A stretch of 64,000 nucleotides of DNA from Marsupella aquatica (Eukaryota > Plantae > Marchantiophyta), in contig OZ316894.1 of the NCBI GenBank assembly GCA_973895155.1, positions 19,258,805 to 19,322,804 of the forward strand, given 5' to 3'. Position numbers and translations under genes: made by a program. Positions 1-13,419 of this stretch are shown in pieces. How positions within the stretch are numbered: the stretch's first letter is position 1; each line of letters starts with the position of its first letter. The notes below the pieces were generated by a model that was not told where the DNA came from, searched no databases, and saw nothing but the letters and a program-made list of their open reading frames with translations.

Positions 1-359
1 GCAGGTGAAGTTCAGCTCGAAATGCAAACTCCATCGAGATTTACTTTCCGCACAAAAGTGCACTTAAAATAGTTCATATTTTTTAAATCACCAAAATACT
101 GGACCAGGGTGAGGCAGGGAGGTGTCCCCACACATATTAAGAACAAAACCAATATACACATCGTGATTTTTTGCTTCCATAACTGGTATAAACAGATTAT
201 CCATTAAAAAGATTGGCGTGCACATCTTTGACATTTCTGTAGGTGGCTACTCAGCATATTTACTTCTTATGTACAACAGATCCCGTCCATACAATACTAG
301 TTCATAATAATACATGTCCACTCCATTGGGCACGCTCCTGCCTAGCATCTAGGAGTGAA

Positions 360-3300
360 CTATCCTTTTTCATCCGGTTTAATAAACCGCACAGGCACTG
401 CTGGGACACTATACCACCACTCTCTAGATCTTCTAATCCACCTTTCACTTGTTTCTTTCCGAAGATACATGTTCCTAGTGAATAGCTCTACAAACAGTAT
501 GAGAAATATGAATCTGAGAGGAAGTACAGCTAGAACAAAAGAAATAATTACGATTCCTGCAATGACACCGTTGGTCATTTGAGAGTGAGGCTGTCATGAC
601 AAAAACCAGAAAGAATGTTAGTATCACCACTGTGACACAGACTACTCCACTACACGGACTTGATTGGCAATCATGACGCTCAAACAAATTTGCAAACAAC
701 CCACCAAGGACAAGTTGGATATAGAAGTCAGGCCATTTCAACTGGTTGGTCAGGTTTTCCCATATCAAACTCAAGGCTCGAATATGATGATATACCTGGG
801 GAAGTACTGAGAAACAAAGAGCCCGAAACTTTAGCAGCCCAATGTTCGCTGACTGCAGAAGCGCTTCCACTTGAGCCAAGGCTTGTTGTAATGCTAAGAG
901 CTGCTCCATAGCATTCTGTGAAGGTGGTGAAGTCACAACCACCTCAGGGAAGTCATTCCCCTCTTCACCTTTTCTTAACCAGAGCATATATCCTGTTGCT
1001 GAAAGCAATATGATAGGAACGAAGTAACAAAGCCAATTCCTGCAAAAAACAAAACGGAACTCCCCTAGTCAAACTACTCGTTCACTGTTCTTTGACACTT
1101 GCTGAGGTGTCGGTGGGAACAGACCACTGAAAACACAATACTCCTTGAAGCACATACAGATGTGACACGATACATCTCCCACGAGCCTCACCCAAACCAA
1201 CTGCAACCAAAGAATTTGGGGCAGAACAACATATAATGCTAAAAGAGGGTTATATGTAACAGCACCAGACCCTCCAAACTGTCATATTGTGACAAAAGAA
1301 GTACCCTAGCTCATTGCATCACTAGAATTATCAGCAACTTCACCATCGCACATTTAAAACCATTGCGATAGAACAGAAAGGCAATCAAGTCCCACCTGTA
1401 TATAACGTAAGCAGAAATTACAGTGAACGTTAGAGATTTGACAGGATCCTCCCAGGCTATCAAGGCTTGGATCCAGGTAGTGAAAGATACGACCGGTAGC
1501 AGCAACTCCTGCAAGATGTGAACCAATCCATAAAGATTACTCAGGGTTGCAGCTTCTCGTATGCTGTGTCTACCGGACTTACTAAGCAGGAAAGATCCCA
1601 GACTCCGCTTAAACAAGGAGTACATGGCAATATGCAAGTGACAAATCTTTTATATTCTTATTCATGTAGAATGCCACAACCTCAACCTTATACAGAACAC
1701 ACAAAAGACGAAGTTCAAGAATAATCTGAGGCGCTGACCTTCATAACTGCTATATTAGTTCCAATGCCATCGAGTTTCACCCCGTCAATAGTTGCTTTTG
1801 CAAGCTCCACCCTTTTATTATTGTCTCTAGACTGTTTGACTGCCTTCTCCAAGGCAGTTGGTTCCCCAATTAGCACCTCGCCAACTACAATCGCGTCTTC
1901 TTTTGTAATAGAACCCTTCGAAGTTGGGGACCCCAAGTTCGACAAAGTGGAGAGAGCTGTGGAGGTGTAAATTTTGCCAGTATCCTGCTTTCCAAACAAG
2001 CCTTCCCCTGGGTGCGATGATTGTTCGGTTTGCAGTTGATCTGCAAGCGCCTTGAGCACAATATCCCCAGCTGGCATGGCATCTGCATATGAAAATGTGA
2101 GCAGGGATTCTGGTTTTTGTGGAAGCGCATGGAAAATCTCTCGAGTTGCGCGCAGCCGGGCAATGCCCAACACAGCTTTTGAAATAGCTTCATCTTTTCC
2201 AACACTTCCCAAACGAAATGTTCTAATGAACTGGTGAACGGCAACTATTTCGCGGATGATGGCCAACCAGTAGTCACGTCTGGAGCGACCTGTCAGCTCT
2301 GGAAACTCTAGCACAATTGGTTCAACACTGCAGACGAGGGATCGCCATCAGATTCTCTACTCCAATTGGCTTGCATAAAGTAATTTGCATCTCACCGAAT
2401 CAATTCTCTCGCTTGTGTCGTGACCCCAAAATAACAGAAACTTTGCAGGACCCGAAAATGCGTAAGGAAGAAACTATCTTACGTTGCTGAGGACTTGTAC
2501 ATAACAGCTTTGTCAAAAAGCCGTGCGCCCCAAGGTCCAGTTAAATCAGGCTTGACAAAATGTTTGAGATCAGCTGATAATTCGAACTTCTTCGGTTTAT
2601 CATACGATACTACACCAGTGGCTTCGAAGTATAATGCTTGACTTGTCAAAGTCAGACGCCCTGTAAAAATCACATCCACCGAATCACAACAACGCCAATG
2701 ATATTGCAAATAATCCACCAGATATTTGTGTCAAACTGGATAACAAGTACTTGAGCAAAGTTTTGCGATTTTTCAAAATCAGCAATAACTGTGGCATAGA
2801 AGAAAATTCCTTCGCAAGAAACTCCTAGATGTTTCATAATTGACCGGGTTCCTTAAAAGGCCATGTCACCACTACGTTAAATAGTTTGAAACTTTAACAG
2901 ATTCCTGTCATCACAATCCCAACTAACTGGACAGACCGGATAACACCAACAGTGACCAAAACCGCAATAGTTCATGTCACGCCAAATATTCATCAGAAGG
3001 AGACCACGAGCATACGAACAACGGAATTTTGAACTTGTGTACATAATGAAATACTCCAGAGCTATGTGATACAATCTTCAAACAACCACTCGACTCGAAA
3101 TGCAAAGAAATATCTAAGATAGCTCGTATCACTCAGGCTGCTGAACTTTTATGCCCGCATACCTGGCCAGGTGGACACTCCTACATGCTGCAAAACAGGT
3201 TGAGTTGTAGCAGTTCCATCAATTTCTATCACAGCTTCTCCTTTACCAAGTTTGAGGCAAGAAACAAGATTAGGGGTAACTTGACCTTTGATGTTCTTGA

Positions 3301-5880
3301 CTGACCTGCGTCATGACACAACAACCACAAACTGCATAAATTATATGCGAGAGATTGCAACATAGCCAAGCTGCTTAGAGTTTACACGAATGAAACCCAA
3401 CAGTACTAAGCATTCTGCAATTGAGAAGTTACGGTATCTGACAACAAACAAACACATCCTATAAAATTTCTGAGATGAACAGGTGACGATGAAATACCAT
3501 TGCACTTCACGAGATAAATGAACTAACGAACTGACGACTTCATTAGAACACGTCACTTTTTAAGGGCGAAAGTAATTGCTATCAAGTGGCCTCAACTCTG
3601 AACATCTACACAAGGACTGTCGTCAGGCGCGAAGCGCTACTAGCTTAGTCGTTAACCAGTAATCGTCCCCAAAAACCGCCCATGCAATAGGCTTCAAAAT
3701 CACTTGAACTTCCTGGACATATGTGAATGTGCTGCACGTACTTGTCCAGCTCACTAAGATACTTTTCAAAGATTGGAAAAGGTAGTCTTCCTCCAGTTGA
3801 AAACGTTAGAGCCGCAAACTGCTGATAGACACTTATGGTATCAGCAGCAAGTGGTATGACAGGAGCCAGCCGCGCGAAGGCCTCCTGTCCAACTGTGGTT
3901 TCCACGTCTACCTGTGACACCCAATATGAGGCTGTCATATCAATAAATATATAAATCTCAGTCCTGTATCAACTGCGATATATAGATTTTCGATATCAAG
4001 AATCTAACCAAGATCTAAATCGACTTAAACCTGAAAGCAATAGTGCATCGACAAGCAAACCGTCATTTCAGCCAAGCAGCATGTCTTCTTCTGAAAGTGA
4101 GTCATCGATTCCATATACACCAAAACAAACAGCACCCAAGGAAAGTCAAAAGTGGGTTGTTCTCGACCATCATAGGCATCAAGTCAGAATAAAAAAGCGC
4201 CGAGTCCTCTTCATCATCCTCCTCCTCTGCTGTGTCCCCTTCACCATGTTCTTTCTGTCATTGGAAACAAAAGAGGGATGGGGTTATAGCAATCCAGTAA
4301 TGAATCACTGATAACCCCACCCTGCAGAACTCCACCTACAGGTAACTGGAGTGGCAAAAAGTCACATAAACAACAATACTACTCTCAGGTTTAAAGGATC
4401 CTACCCAGTTTTATCCTCACCTCAGCGCTTTATCAAATTTGGCATAGTAGGTCAGGAGCATCGAGTTCCAGAAAAGACATATGCAATCGAGGATAATTAA
4501 TTTGGATCTCTCTTCCCCCAATGCTGAGTCAGCATTCGCTTCCCACCTCAAAATTTGCCAGTGTGTAAAGCAAGTTAAGCTCTCACAACTGCAACGGCAG
4601 ATTGCCATGAATTGACTCATGGCGTCAGGTAGCCGGAGAATCGGTAGAGGTTATACAGATCATACACAGGAAATGGCCCCGCCACCTATGATGTAATCGA
4701 ATTACCGCATTGCTTTGGGCTCTAATGGACATTTCTGCCTGCAGTAAGAATTAAAGTTCTCACATCCGCATTCGAAAGGCATCACTCACAAACAGAGGTT
4801 TAATTCGGTAGAAGTTACCATATGGACGACAACAACCTAAAACCTCACCTTGACAGACGGCTTGTGTGCTGCACCAGGGGTTTCCCATGCAAGCATCATG
4901 TCGAAGACGAGACGGGGAAATTCCTTGTCGCGCAAATGATCCGACACTTGAGTGGCCACTGAAAGAGCTTTGAAACAAGCATACTCCAACAGGTTCCGTG
5001 CATATTTCGACGAATGTCTTGCATTTTCTGAGGCTTCGTCATCAAAATGCTGTTGTAAATCCTCAGGCTGAAGCGCCAGTATCCTACAGGAAAAAGCTCA
5101 GAAGCGTCAACGTAGCCTCTTGCAGCTTTTCCAAAAGTATTGTTGTGTCGGCGGGTGGAAGCCCACAATTCATCACCACTCATATGGGCATCAAATAAAA
5201 GACAACGTCTTTCAGTCTCTTACAAAAGCCCAATTCTAACACACCTAAATTCATAATTGCAACCATCACCCAAGACAAGCCTGAATTGTATTTTTCCACC
5301 GGGCCTTAAGGGTTCTGTAGATTTGGGTATGGTGTTGATATGGGAGACAGTTGCAAATGAGTACTATGGAATACACAAGAAGACCGAATGACAAGCGCTC
5401 ATAAGGCAGGCTAGAAAGACATATGTTCGAGGCTGCAACGTACTACAAAATTAGCGAGCTCCAGTAGGTACCTCCAAAGCTACTGAGAGCATACTTCTAA
5501 GCAGGCTTTGGAGGAGTGCATGAATGATTGCTGAAGTTGTTAAATGGGATCTAACATTGATGACCCAAAACCTCACAGACCAATTGCCCCAGATCGAGAA
5601 CTGCTCTACCACCGATCGTGGTGTATGCATCGTAAGAAGAAAGGCATGCGCACAACGAAGGATAAACCAGAAGAAAAATCTCATAAAGAATCGCGTACCT
5701 GCAACAACGTCCTACAACAATGTTGGCAAGGGGAGATAGTTCCTTGATATTTTTTATGTTGCAAGAAGGGGATCGCTCGAGATCCTTCTTAGGCTTGAGA
5801 TTTCCGCTGAAGAGGTTCTTCAGAGCACCTTCACCCACGAGAGATTCGACAAAGCTCCTCCCTCTGTTTAGCGTCGCCAT
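360..5880 (-). CDS. DUF639-domain plant protein (multi-exon, C-terminal transmembrane region)
   Basis: GT-AG bounded exons at about 5880-5699 (ELSPLANIVVGRCCR), 5083-4849 (ARNLLEYACFKAL...FDMMLAWE), 4255-4169 (SALFYSDLMPMM), 3911-3741 (TVGQEAFARLAP), 3306-3163 (QPVLQHVGVSTWPG), 2660-2483 (RLTLTSQALYFE...PDLTGPWGARLFDKAVMYKS), 2328-1739 (LEFPELTGRSRRDYWLAIIRE), 1510-1396, 1039-795 and 588-360 (EWWYSVPAVPV). These motifs match the plant DUF639 family. Confidence 0.85.
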
Positions 5881-8189
5881 CTCGCCCCGAGAAAATTGTT
5901 GCCTTTCCCTAAATCATGGACCTGCAATCCCTTGTAATTATTTAGCATCGATCAACATCCTCGCCTGTCGTTCGCACAGTACAAGTTATCAAAAGCACGG
6001 ACGAGTGCACATGGCGAAGCGTGTCTGCCAATATTTTTCGTTTTTCGATAGTGGTCCATCCCGAAAGGAAACTTTCAAGTCATATGACTGCTTCGAACTC
6101 CATTCCAGTAGAACCAGGGAAAAGGCCAGTCCAGTCGCTGTCAATTGAATTCAAACGAGAAAGCATCTCCCGAAACTACATAGCGACAATTTCGCTCGCA
6201 ATGTCCATAATCACACGACCTACTTTCACTTCGGAACGCTATCAGTCGAAAACATAGATAAGCCGATGGAAAACCATACCCTCGTGACCGATGCAGCAGA
6301 CCAGGCAACTTCCACAAACCTCCAAAACCTCCCTTCCCTCGCTGCTACTGAAGCTATTCACTCCTCCAAAGCAGCCTCATGAAACCATTTCTCCTGTCAA
6401 GCACCAGCACGAACAGGGATCACGCCACACGTGAGCACTGGATTGGGTGCGGCCGTTACTGAACTCCTAGCGATCCCATCTTCAGACACATTGACCACTC
6501 TTTTCTCGGCACTCCGTCCACCTGGCTACATTGCATGACTTCCGCAAGAATCTTCTCTCACCTGGATTCGGATACCTTCCATCTCGCCCCGTTAAAATAA
6601 TTTAAAATATGGCATGACAAGACCAGAAAAAGTGCGAAGGCAACTATAATTCTCGAAGATCCATCACGGAAAATGTTGTCGTAGTATGTAAATTCCACCG
6701 AACAACAGAGCACACCAAAAAGCAATGACGTGCCTTGTCTGCAAGAAACCGTTCCTGGCGTCACGGGGCGGCCGAGTCCCCAACCATACTCACCGATTGC
6801 GAGTAACTGATGTTCATTGACGACACTCCCTGCTCCCTCCCCGCCACCCTCCCTGCCTCCTGCTACCACTGCTTCAGCAAATTCTTCAAATCACACATCC
6901 ATTTCTCCCCCTGCCCGCAATCCCGCACCGCATCTCTTCTTTCCATTCCTACTTGTCTTCTACTCTGCACTACGCGTCCTCCTCCAACATACATACGGTG
7001 GGACCGAGAAACTGTTTCGGAGTCCGGATCGAGAGGAGAGCGGACCATCGCGCGGAGGCGAGTCCCACAGTCCTGACTGTACTACTACTACGGAACCAGC
7101 CAGAAACCAATTTTAGCGCAAAAATCGGGCGTGGCAGTGGATAACTTCATCGACGCAATGACACATGGAGGTCGGGCGAGCTCCAATGTCGCCCGAATCT
7201 GGTCCGAGTCAGCGAGACACAGAGAATGAGAGAATTAGAGAAACGAAAGCTATGGAGAGAGAAGTGTGGGTTCGTCTCAGGAGGTCATCCGAAATGCGTT
7301 GGTGCCATTCGGAACTCGTGATTGTTTCCCGGTTGGTAAATTGTCATGTTCGCATTGAGAGGAAGGGACCAGAGTAGGGGACGAAATGCGCAGAGCACGT
7401 CTATTGACAGAGCAAATTCGACCACATTGGATGGAGACCATCGAGAGGTTTTAACGAGTATTTCATCCTTAAATTTGATCTCATTCTCTGCTCCGGAAAA
7501 TAAATAAGTGGCAAAAATGAAATGAATGCAGGCAGGAGATAACTGATGGAACTAGCCCGATTATGTAAGTACAGTAGATATGAAAAAAAAAATTCTTGCA
7601 GGATAAATTCTTTATGCTATTTAGTTTCAACTTTGCCTCATCCCTTGTTTTTTTGTTCATCCTCATTTCAGTTTTGTCTTTATTAGTCAAAGTCACTTAT
7701 GTCAATACTCATTTTAATTTTGTCCTTATTGAGACTCGTTATTATTGAGAGATTGTGAGTTAGGGACTACAGTAGAGGTCTGTATTAGTCAATATCATAC
7801 TCATTTTAAGTTTTGTCCTTATTGAGACTCATTATTATTATTGGGAGTTAGAGGCTCTCTAGACCTAGGCCCTTAAGAGTAGGCTTTAGTTCCCTTTTAT
7901 AGTAAGGTAAGGAGGAGATAACTAATGGATTGAGTGTGTTGCAAGGGAATTCTTTGGAGTCCTTTCCCATTTTTTGTATTACATGGGATGATCCACTATC
8001 TGAGATTTACTACGTTGGTACCCTCTTTTCAAATATATTAAACTAGATTAGATTGCCATTCTTTTTTGCAGAATAATATACTTTGCCATTATTTCTAGTT
8101 TAATTATTCAATTCTTATCTTTTTCAATGGTCCTTAAACCACCACTGGCCATATAAAGGCGGAAGTGTCCAAGACTTCCCATTTTTTCC

Positions 8190-9080
8190 AGGTTCCTCTC
8201 ATTTTTCTTCTCTCACTTTTCTCCTCTATGGTGTTCCTCTCACTTTTCTTCTCTCACTTTTCTCCTCTATGGTGCCGGTTTGCTCCCTGATTTCAGGAAC
8301 AATTTTTTTAATTGTTGCTATGGGTTGGCCTGTAGCTATTAAAGAGGCAGGTGTATTGTGTGGTTTAAGCAGAAGAACTCTGGTTGGTGGCTCCCTGGTT
8401 TCAGGAATAAATTATTTTTAATGGTTGCTATGGGTTAGGCTGTAGCTATTAAAGGGGCAGGTGTGTTGTGTGGTCTAAGCAGAAGAACTCTGGTTGGCGT
8501 GCTATGATTCGATGGTCAAGAAAATAAATTGATCCAATGGTCAATAATCTGTCAGTTTCATCATTGAACCGCTTGCTACAATCCAATGGTCAATCGCAGC
8601 ATTGGACGGTCATTACATCCTCAATTAAACCTCAACGCCCTCTCTCAACCTCAACCAAGGGGATGGGGGACTGGGGTAGCCACCAGGACAGGGCAAACCA
8701 GGTTGTTGGGGGGGGAGGCCAGGGGAAGCAAAGTGAGAGACACAATGCAATCAAGGGTTTGATCCGTGATCCCAATCAATCAATCTTTGACATGTTACTC
8801 TTTACTTAGGTAGCACCTTTCCATTTCATAAATGATGATTGTTTTGGGTGTAACAAAAGTGTATAGTATATCAAAGTCCAAGGTCAAACAATGTGGTTTA
8901 TCCTAGCATCAAGTTACTAACTGGAAATATTATTTTCTGAGATTACTTTGTTGCCACTTTCTTTATTATCTGAATACATCCTTTGCCCGGTTTATCCTAG
9001 CATCAAGTTACTAACTGAAAATATTATATTTTGAGATTACTTTGTTGTCACTTTCTTTATTATCTGAATACATACTTTGC
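8190..9080. repeat. Cluster of local tandem duplications (~41 bp x2, ~109 bp x2, ~93 bp x2)
   Basis: Directly repeated blocks at about 8190-8275, 8283-8500 and 8895-9080 (e.g. 'ggtttatcctagcatcaagttactaactg' twice). Confidence 0.75.
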
Positions 9081-9459
9081 CACTCTTTTGCTGCCATCTT
9101 TTTCAACTGCTGCTTACGAGGCTGGTTAAGCAAAGTAACCTCAAACAATCTGACAATCACCATTTGTCTAGCTTTCACAATTGGATATTGTTCACTTCCT
9201 CTACAACCCTAAGCACAACATCCACATATCAAAACTTTGACTCAATGCTTTGTTGGGTTCTCATCAGTCATCTCAGGCACCATCTTCTAAGGTACACATT
9301 CTTACAATGATTTACGTGTGCATGAGAATTCCCACCTGTCTAGCGTGTCCTCCACAATCTTCTGGTCGAGTATCTGGTTCAAATATACATTGTTTGATTA
9401 CAAACTCACAATGCGAAGGATGGTTAGCAAATAGTTGGGGAGCAAGATGATGGAGCTCA

Positions 9460-9596
9460 GCCCAGAGAGGCATGACTTTGTGGTAGCTCACTTGAGTAGA
9501 GACTAATAGGCCTTGGGTTCAACTATTGTGGTTGACTCCTCCCTTTCTGTGGGGTTTCACAGATTTCTCCTTTTTTTAAATATTAAAAAATAAAAA
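9460..9596 (+). mobile_element. Short SINE-like retroposon, copy 1
   Basis: Flanked by a 13-bp direct repeat ATGATGGAGCTCA (9447-9459, 9597-9609). It has an A-rich tail and A/B-box-like 'gtggtagctca' and 'gggttcaact'. A homologous copy is at 29543-29678. Confidence 0.8.
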
Positions 9597-11789
9597 ATGA
9601 TGGAGCTCAATGCCTCCTTTGTTTATGCATCACTCCAAATTAGTTTCAAATTGATTATCATAATGTGTCATCTAACCCCATTCAAGGTCACAAATCAATT
9701 CTAACAACCACTAGCTCCTCCTCTTTAGCCTCAAAATATAACATTTTGAGATATGGCTGAGGTGCAAATCATTAGGTAGCGGAGTGTTATCATGCACAGA
9801 GGTTGTGCTCTCCATTAGCACAAATGGAAAACCAACCTGTGCCCCTAAACCAAATCTCACAGAACTTTGATATTTTTTGCAGTGATCCCGACCCTTCTCT
9901 CTTCAAATCTACAAGAATTGTAGATTTTTAAACAATTTGCCTGACCGCAACGCACATAATTTTACCATTGTGGATCAAAATGAGATTTGGGATTGGACAG
10001 ATGGGATCCCAAATAATCCCCAATGGGTTAATCCCAATCATGATGGCCTCCCTAGTTGGTAGCATCCTCATATGTGTGTGTCCACCTCACACCTTGCTTG
10101 TCACCACACAAGTTTCTTGTGTTGTCCATTGTTTGCCATGATTTGTCACCACAAAACCTTCCTAGTTGATCCTGTATTGATCCCTGCATCATGGATATTA
10201 GTCATTTGGCAGCTATTGAAGACCAAAGCTAACATCTTTCCTCCAACATAGCTCTCAAAGGTGTAATCTCCTTCTCTTTATTCCAATCCTGAAAATTTTG
10301 CCCCATGTCCTCACTTGCACTGTACTGTGCAAAACCCACAACAACCCACAACACCATTTGCCATTTTCAAATACAATATTAAAATCCTTAATCTGCTTTG
10401 GGAAATCAACTTTGCCCATTGAGCTCTTGGTCTAGTTATTGAGGGGCCTTTTGTGACACAATGTTGTAACATTGATACTCAAGCTTTCTACTATATGCAA
10501 CAATCATCCTCAGTATGTTGGGTACATGTGGCAAGTACACCCTCTCTTGCAACAACACCATATGAGTAATAAGTTTTTCCCCAAAAAATTGCCCAAAATT
10601 TCACCCCTCCAAGCCCTCTCCAAATTCAGCTTTTCCGCTTGGACCCTTGTTTGTGTAGTTTCATAAATCCAAAATCCCCAAGCCATGGATCCATAGAGAG
10701 TTGCTTGTTGGCAATCCATGGTAAGTGGACAACCCCCATTTGCTCTAGCAAGATGCCAACACTCCCTAGAAGAGAAGTGAAGAATGAGGAGATGCAATGT
10801 CCTTCCTTCCCTTGAAATTAAGCTGGTGTGCCCCACTCCAACCCACACAGAATCCTGCACTGCCACACATCACCCTCACCTAATCCCCAGACCTGACAAT
10901 GAGAAGCCACACCGAACATGGGTCTTGTATATGCATGAACATGGGTCTTGTATATGCATGCTATGGGTTGCACATGGAACCGGCTGCTGACGGATGCAGA
11001 CTTTGTTCTTCATAGGACTTGAGCCTTGAGTGGAGTATGGTCGCTTCACTTTGATACTCGATTAACATAGTAAACCAGTTTTTGCTCACATCCTCTATCT
11101 TTGACAGCACTTTGAGGACTGACTCAAAGACTGCCACGACTTCATTCACCAACACCATGAATCTGACCAGCCACGCCATGGAAAGGCGTTAGCAATCAAT
11201 TACCAAAATAGTATTGAACCCTCACTAGGTGTTGTTCACAAATTAATGAACAGATCAAAGATTCCAATAGAGCTCAACGCACCTTAGATCCACAGAACTA
11301 GCCTAGGGGTTGTTTAGGAGTAGTGTGTTGGTGTCATCTACGGGTGATGGTTGCAAGAAAATGAAGAAAGATGGTAAAAGAGAAACAATGTGAGTGAATT
11401 GCCACGGGCACCAGCCTGAACAAGGCTATAGTCTGCTCATTCTTTGGAAAGTTTGATACAGGTCTTCAATCACAAAAGTGCAAGAGTGACTTTATCCTTC
11501 TCATTCCCAACATGGTTAGCACACAACACGTGAATTGAGAGATGACAACATCACCCCAATCATTCTCATTGACCTCATTCTCCATTGAGTTATTATGAAC
11601 ATTCATGCTACATTGCAATGTACAACAAATGTAAGAATAACCAGGAGCTTGAGCCAAATGCCGATTGACTTCATTGAGATGACAAAAAGAGCCATGAGAA
11701 TCATGCCAACATTAATGATAATACAGTTGTTATTGGAAATCAGGTATAGTCAGGATTGGTGTCAACTCCTAGATGAGGCGATGAGTAGA

Positions 11790-12130
11790 TGTTAGGTATT
11801 TACTCAAGGTCTAGGGTTACGGCATGTAACCATAGTTAGACTAACCGTAGTCGGAGACGTGGTTAGGTTAACTAGGATGCACACTATATGCCAAGCGGTG
11901 TTTGCTTGGATAAGTGGAACTTAGGCTCATTGTTATGGAGCCACTTGAGAGATGAGGAGAGCTTACACTATAAAGACTTGGTATGGCCGACGGGTTTAGA
12001 GTTCAGTAAAGCTCTCTTGTGTGTTCCCGTGGACGTAGCCTCGAGGAGGTGAACCACGTATCTCTTGTGTCGACTACTTGCGCGTTGGATGTCACATGCT
12101 TACCGTTACGAGTGTCGTCTATGCTCAACA
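11790..12130 (+). mobile_element. Solo LTR related to the copia at 42028-51691
   Basis: TG...CA ends and 5-bp TSD GTAGA (11785-11789, 12131-12135). It is the reverse-complement homolog of the copia LTRs (ends 'cgtctatgctcaaca'). Confidence 0.9.
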
Positions 12131-12135
12131 GTAGA

Positions 12136-12543
12136 TAGGGTGGTTGTGATGCTTTGTGTGTCTATGGGCAATTTGGCAAGATTCAGAAGTGCAAATTGCA
12201 TGGTCGTATGGACACAAATCACAATATTATAAGAAAATTTTTGACGTTGGTGTAGTGGACTACTTGTCTCACTCAAGCACTAGAACTCCTCTGATCAAGA
12301 ATGATGAGAGTGTTCAATCTCTTCTAGATGGATATGTTTTGGCTTCATTTCATCTTTTTTGTGACTCACCTTGATCGTCTCCCAATCTTAGTCTTTTCTT
12401 GTGATCTTGGGCATGTGTGGGTATTGGTATTGTGGTGCTTGGTTGAGGTGTGTCTTGGCCCTTTTGGTCCATTTCTCTTTGCCCAGCTGATTTACACTGT
12501 AGTGGTCATTTGGAATTCATTACATTAAAAATTAATTAAAAAA
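12136..12543 (+). mobile_element. Possible degraded L1 3' end
   Basis: A 'CLWAIW' motif resembling L1 ORF2 C-termini, followed by a GT-rich stretch and an A-rich tail at about 12525-12543. No TSD was found. Confidence 0.35.
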
Positions 12544-13419
12544 GGCAAAATGTGTGTTGTAGTGTGCAATTAAGCACCTTGCAAACCTCCAATGGACATT
12601 CTTTTCCATTAAGTGTGAGAAAATGCAAAGACAAAAGTCTTGAAGGGATTTAACTCTAGAAAATAATTAAGCTCATTAGTTCCTTGAAACCCTATTTATT
12701 ACAACCTCTTGGGTCCCAATCTTAAGGTTTCCCACCTAGGTGTTTCCATTTAGCTAACAAGACAGTGACCTCTAAGTTTGCTAATTGTCAAGTATGTGGT
12801 GAACCCCACGTTGACAACTTGAGATTTGGGTTTGCGCAAAAGTTGCTTAGTTTTTGATGAGTGTCAAATCCTCACTTGCCAAAATTAATACTTGGTCTTC
12901 ACCTTTTGTGTGTAATGAGAAATTAAATTGAACGGCCAGACCCAATGCGCAACAATAAATGGGTTTATAAGTAACTCTTATTGTCCAGTAATTGGCCGGA
13001 CCCAAGGGCAATAATGAATTAGTATCCCTTGTCCAAACTTGGACATTGAGTGGAATGGCAAGATGCAGTGGGCAACAAAAGGGCATGTCAAATATGACAT
13101 AAAATATGTTGCTGTTAGTTTTTTGGTGCAAACTTGCGGCCGTATTCGTGCCATACACCTGTATTGTGGCATCATCCAGTTGGCCCTGAAATATGATTTC
13201 ATTGCAAACCCATCGTGGTATTGCTCTTGTATAATCAAACCATGGCATTGTCCGGTTGGCTGTGAAACATGATTATACCCTTCAACCATGTTAGACAATT
13301 TTATGCACAAGTTTTCTAACATACATGAGGCACAAACAATCTCATACATTTTTTAAAAGTGCAGAATTTTAAGTGTAAAAGAATTACATGTGTGTTTTAT
13401 GGTAAGTTGTTGGGTTATA

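Noticed and set aside
9700-10900. Degraded non-LTR reverse transcriptase remnant
   Set aside because: The composition is suggestive, but no diagnostic RT motif could be read.
12847-13349. 133-aa and 123-aa minus-strand ORFs as a captured or viral gene
   Set aside because: No recognisable motif or splice context, and they sit among TE debris.
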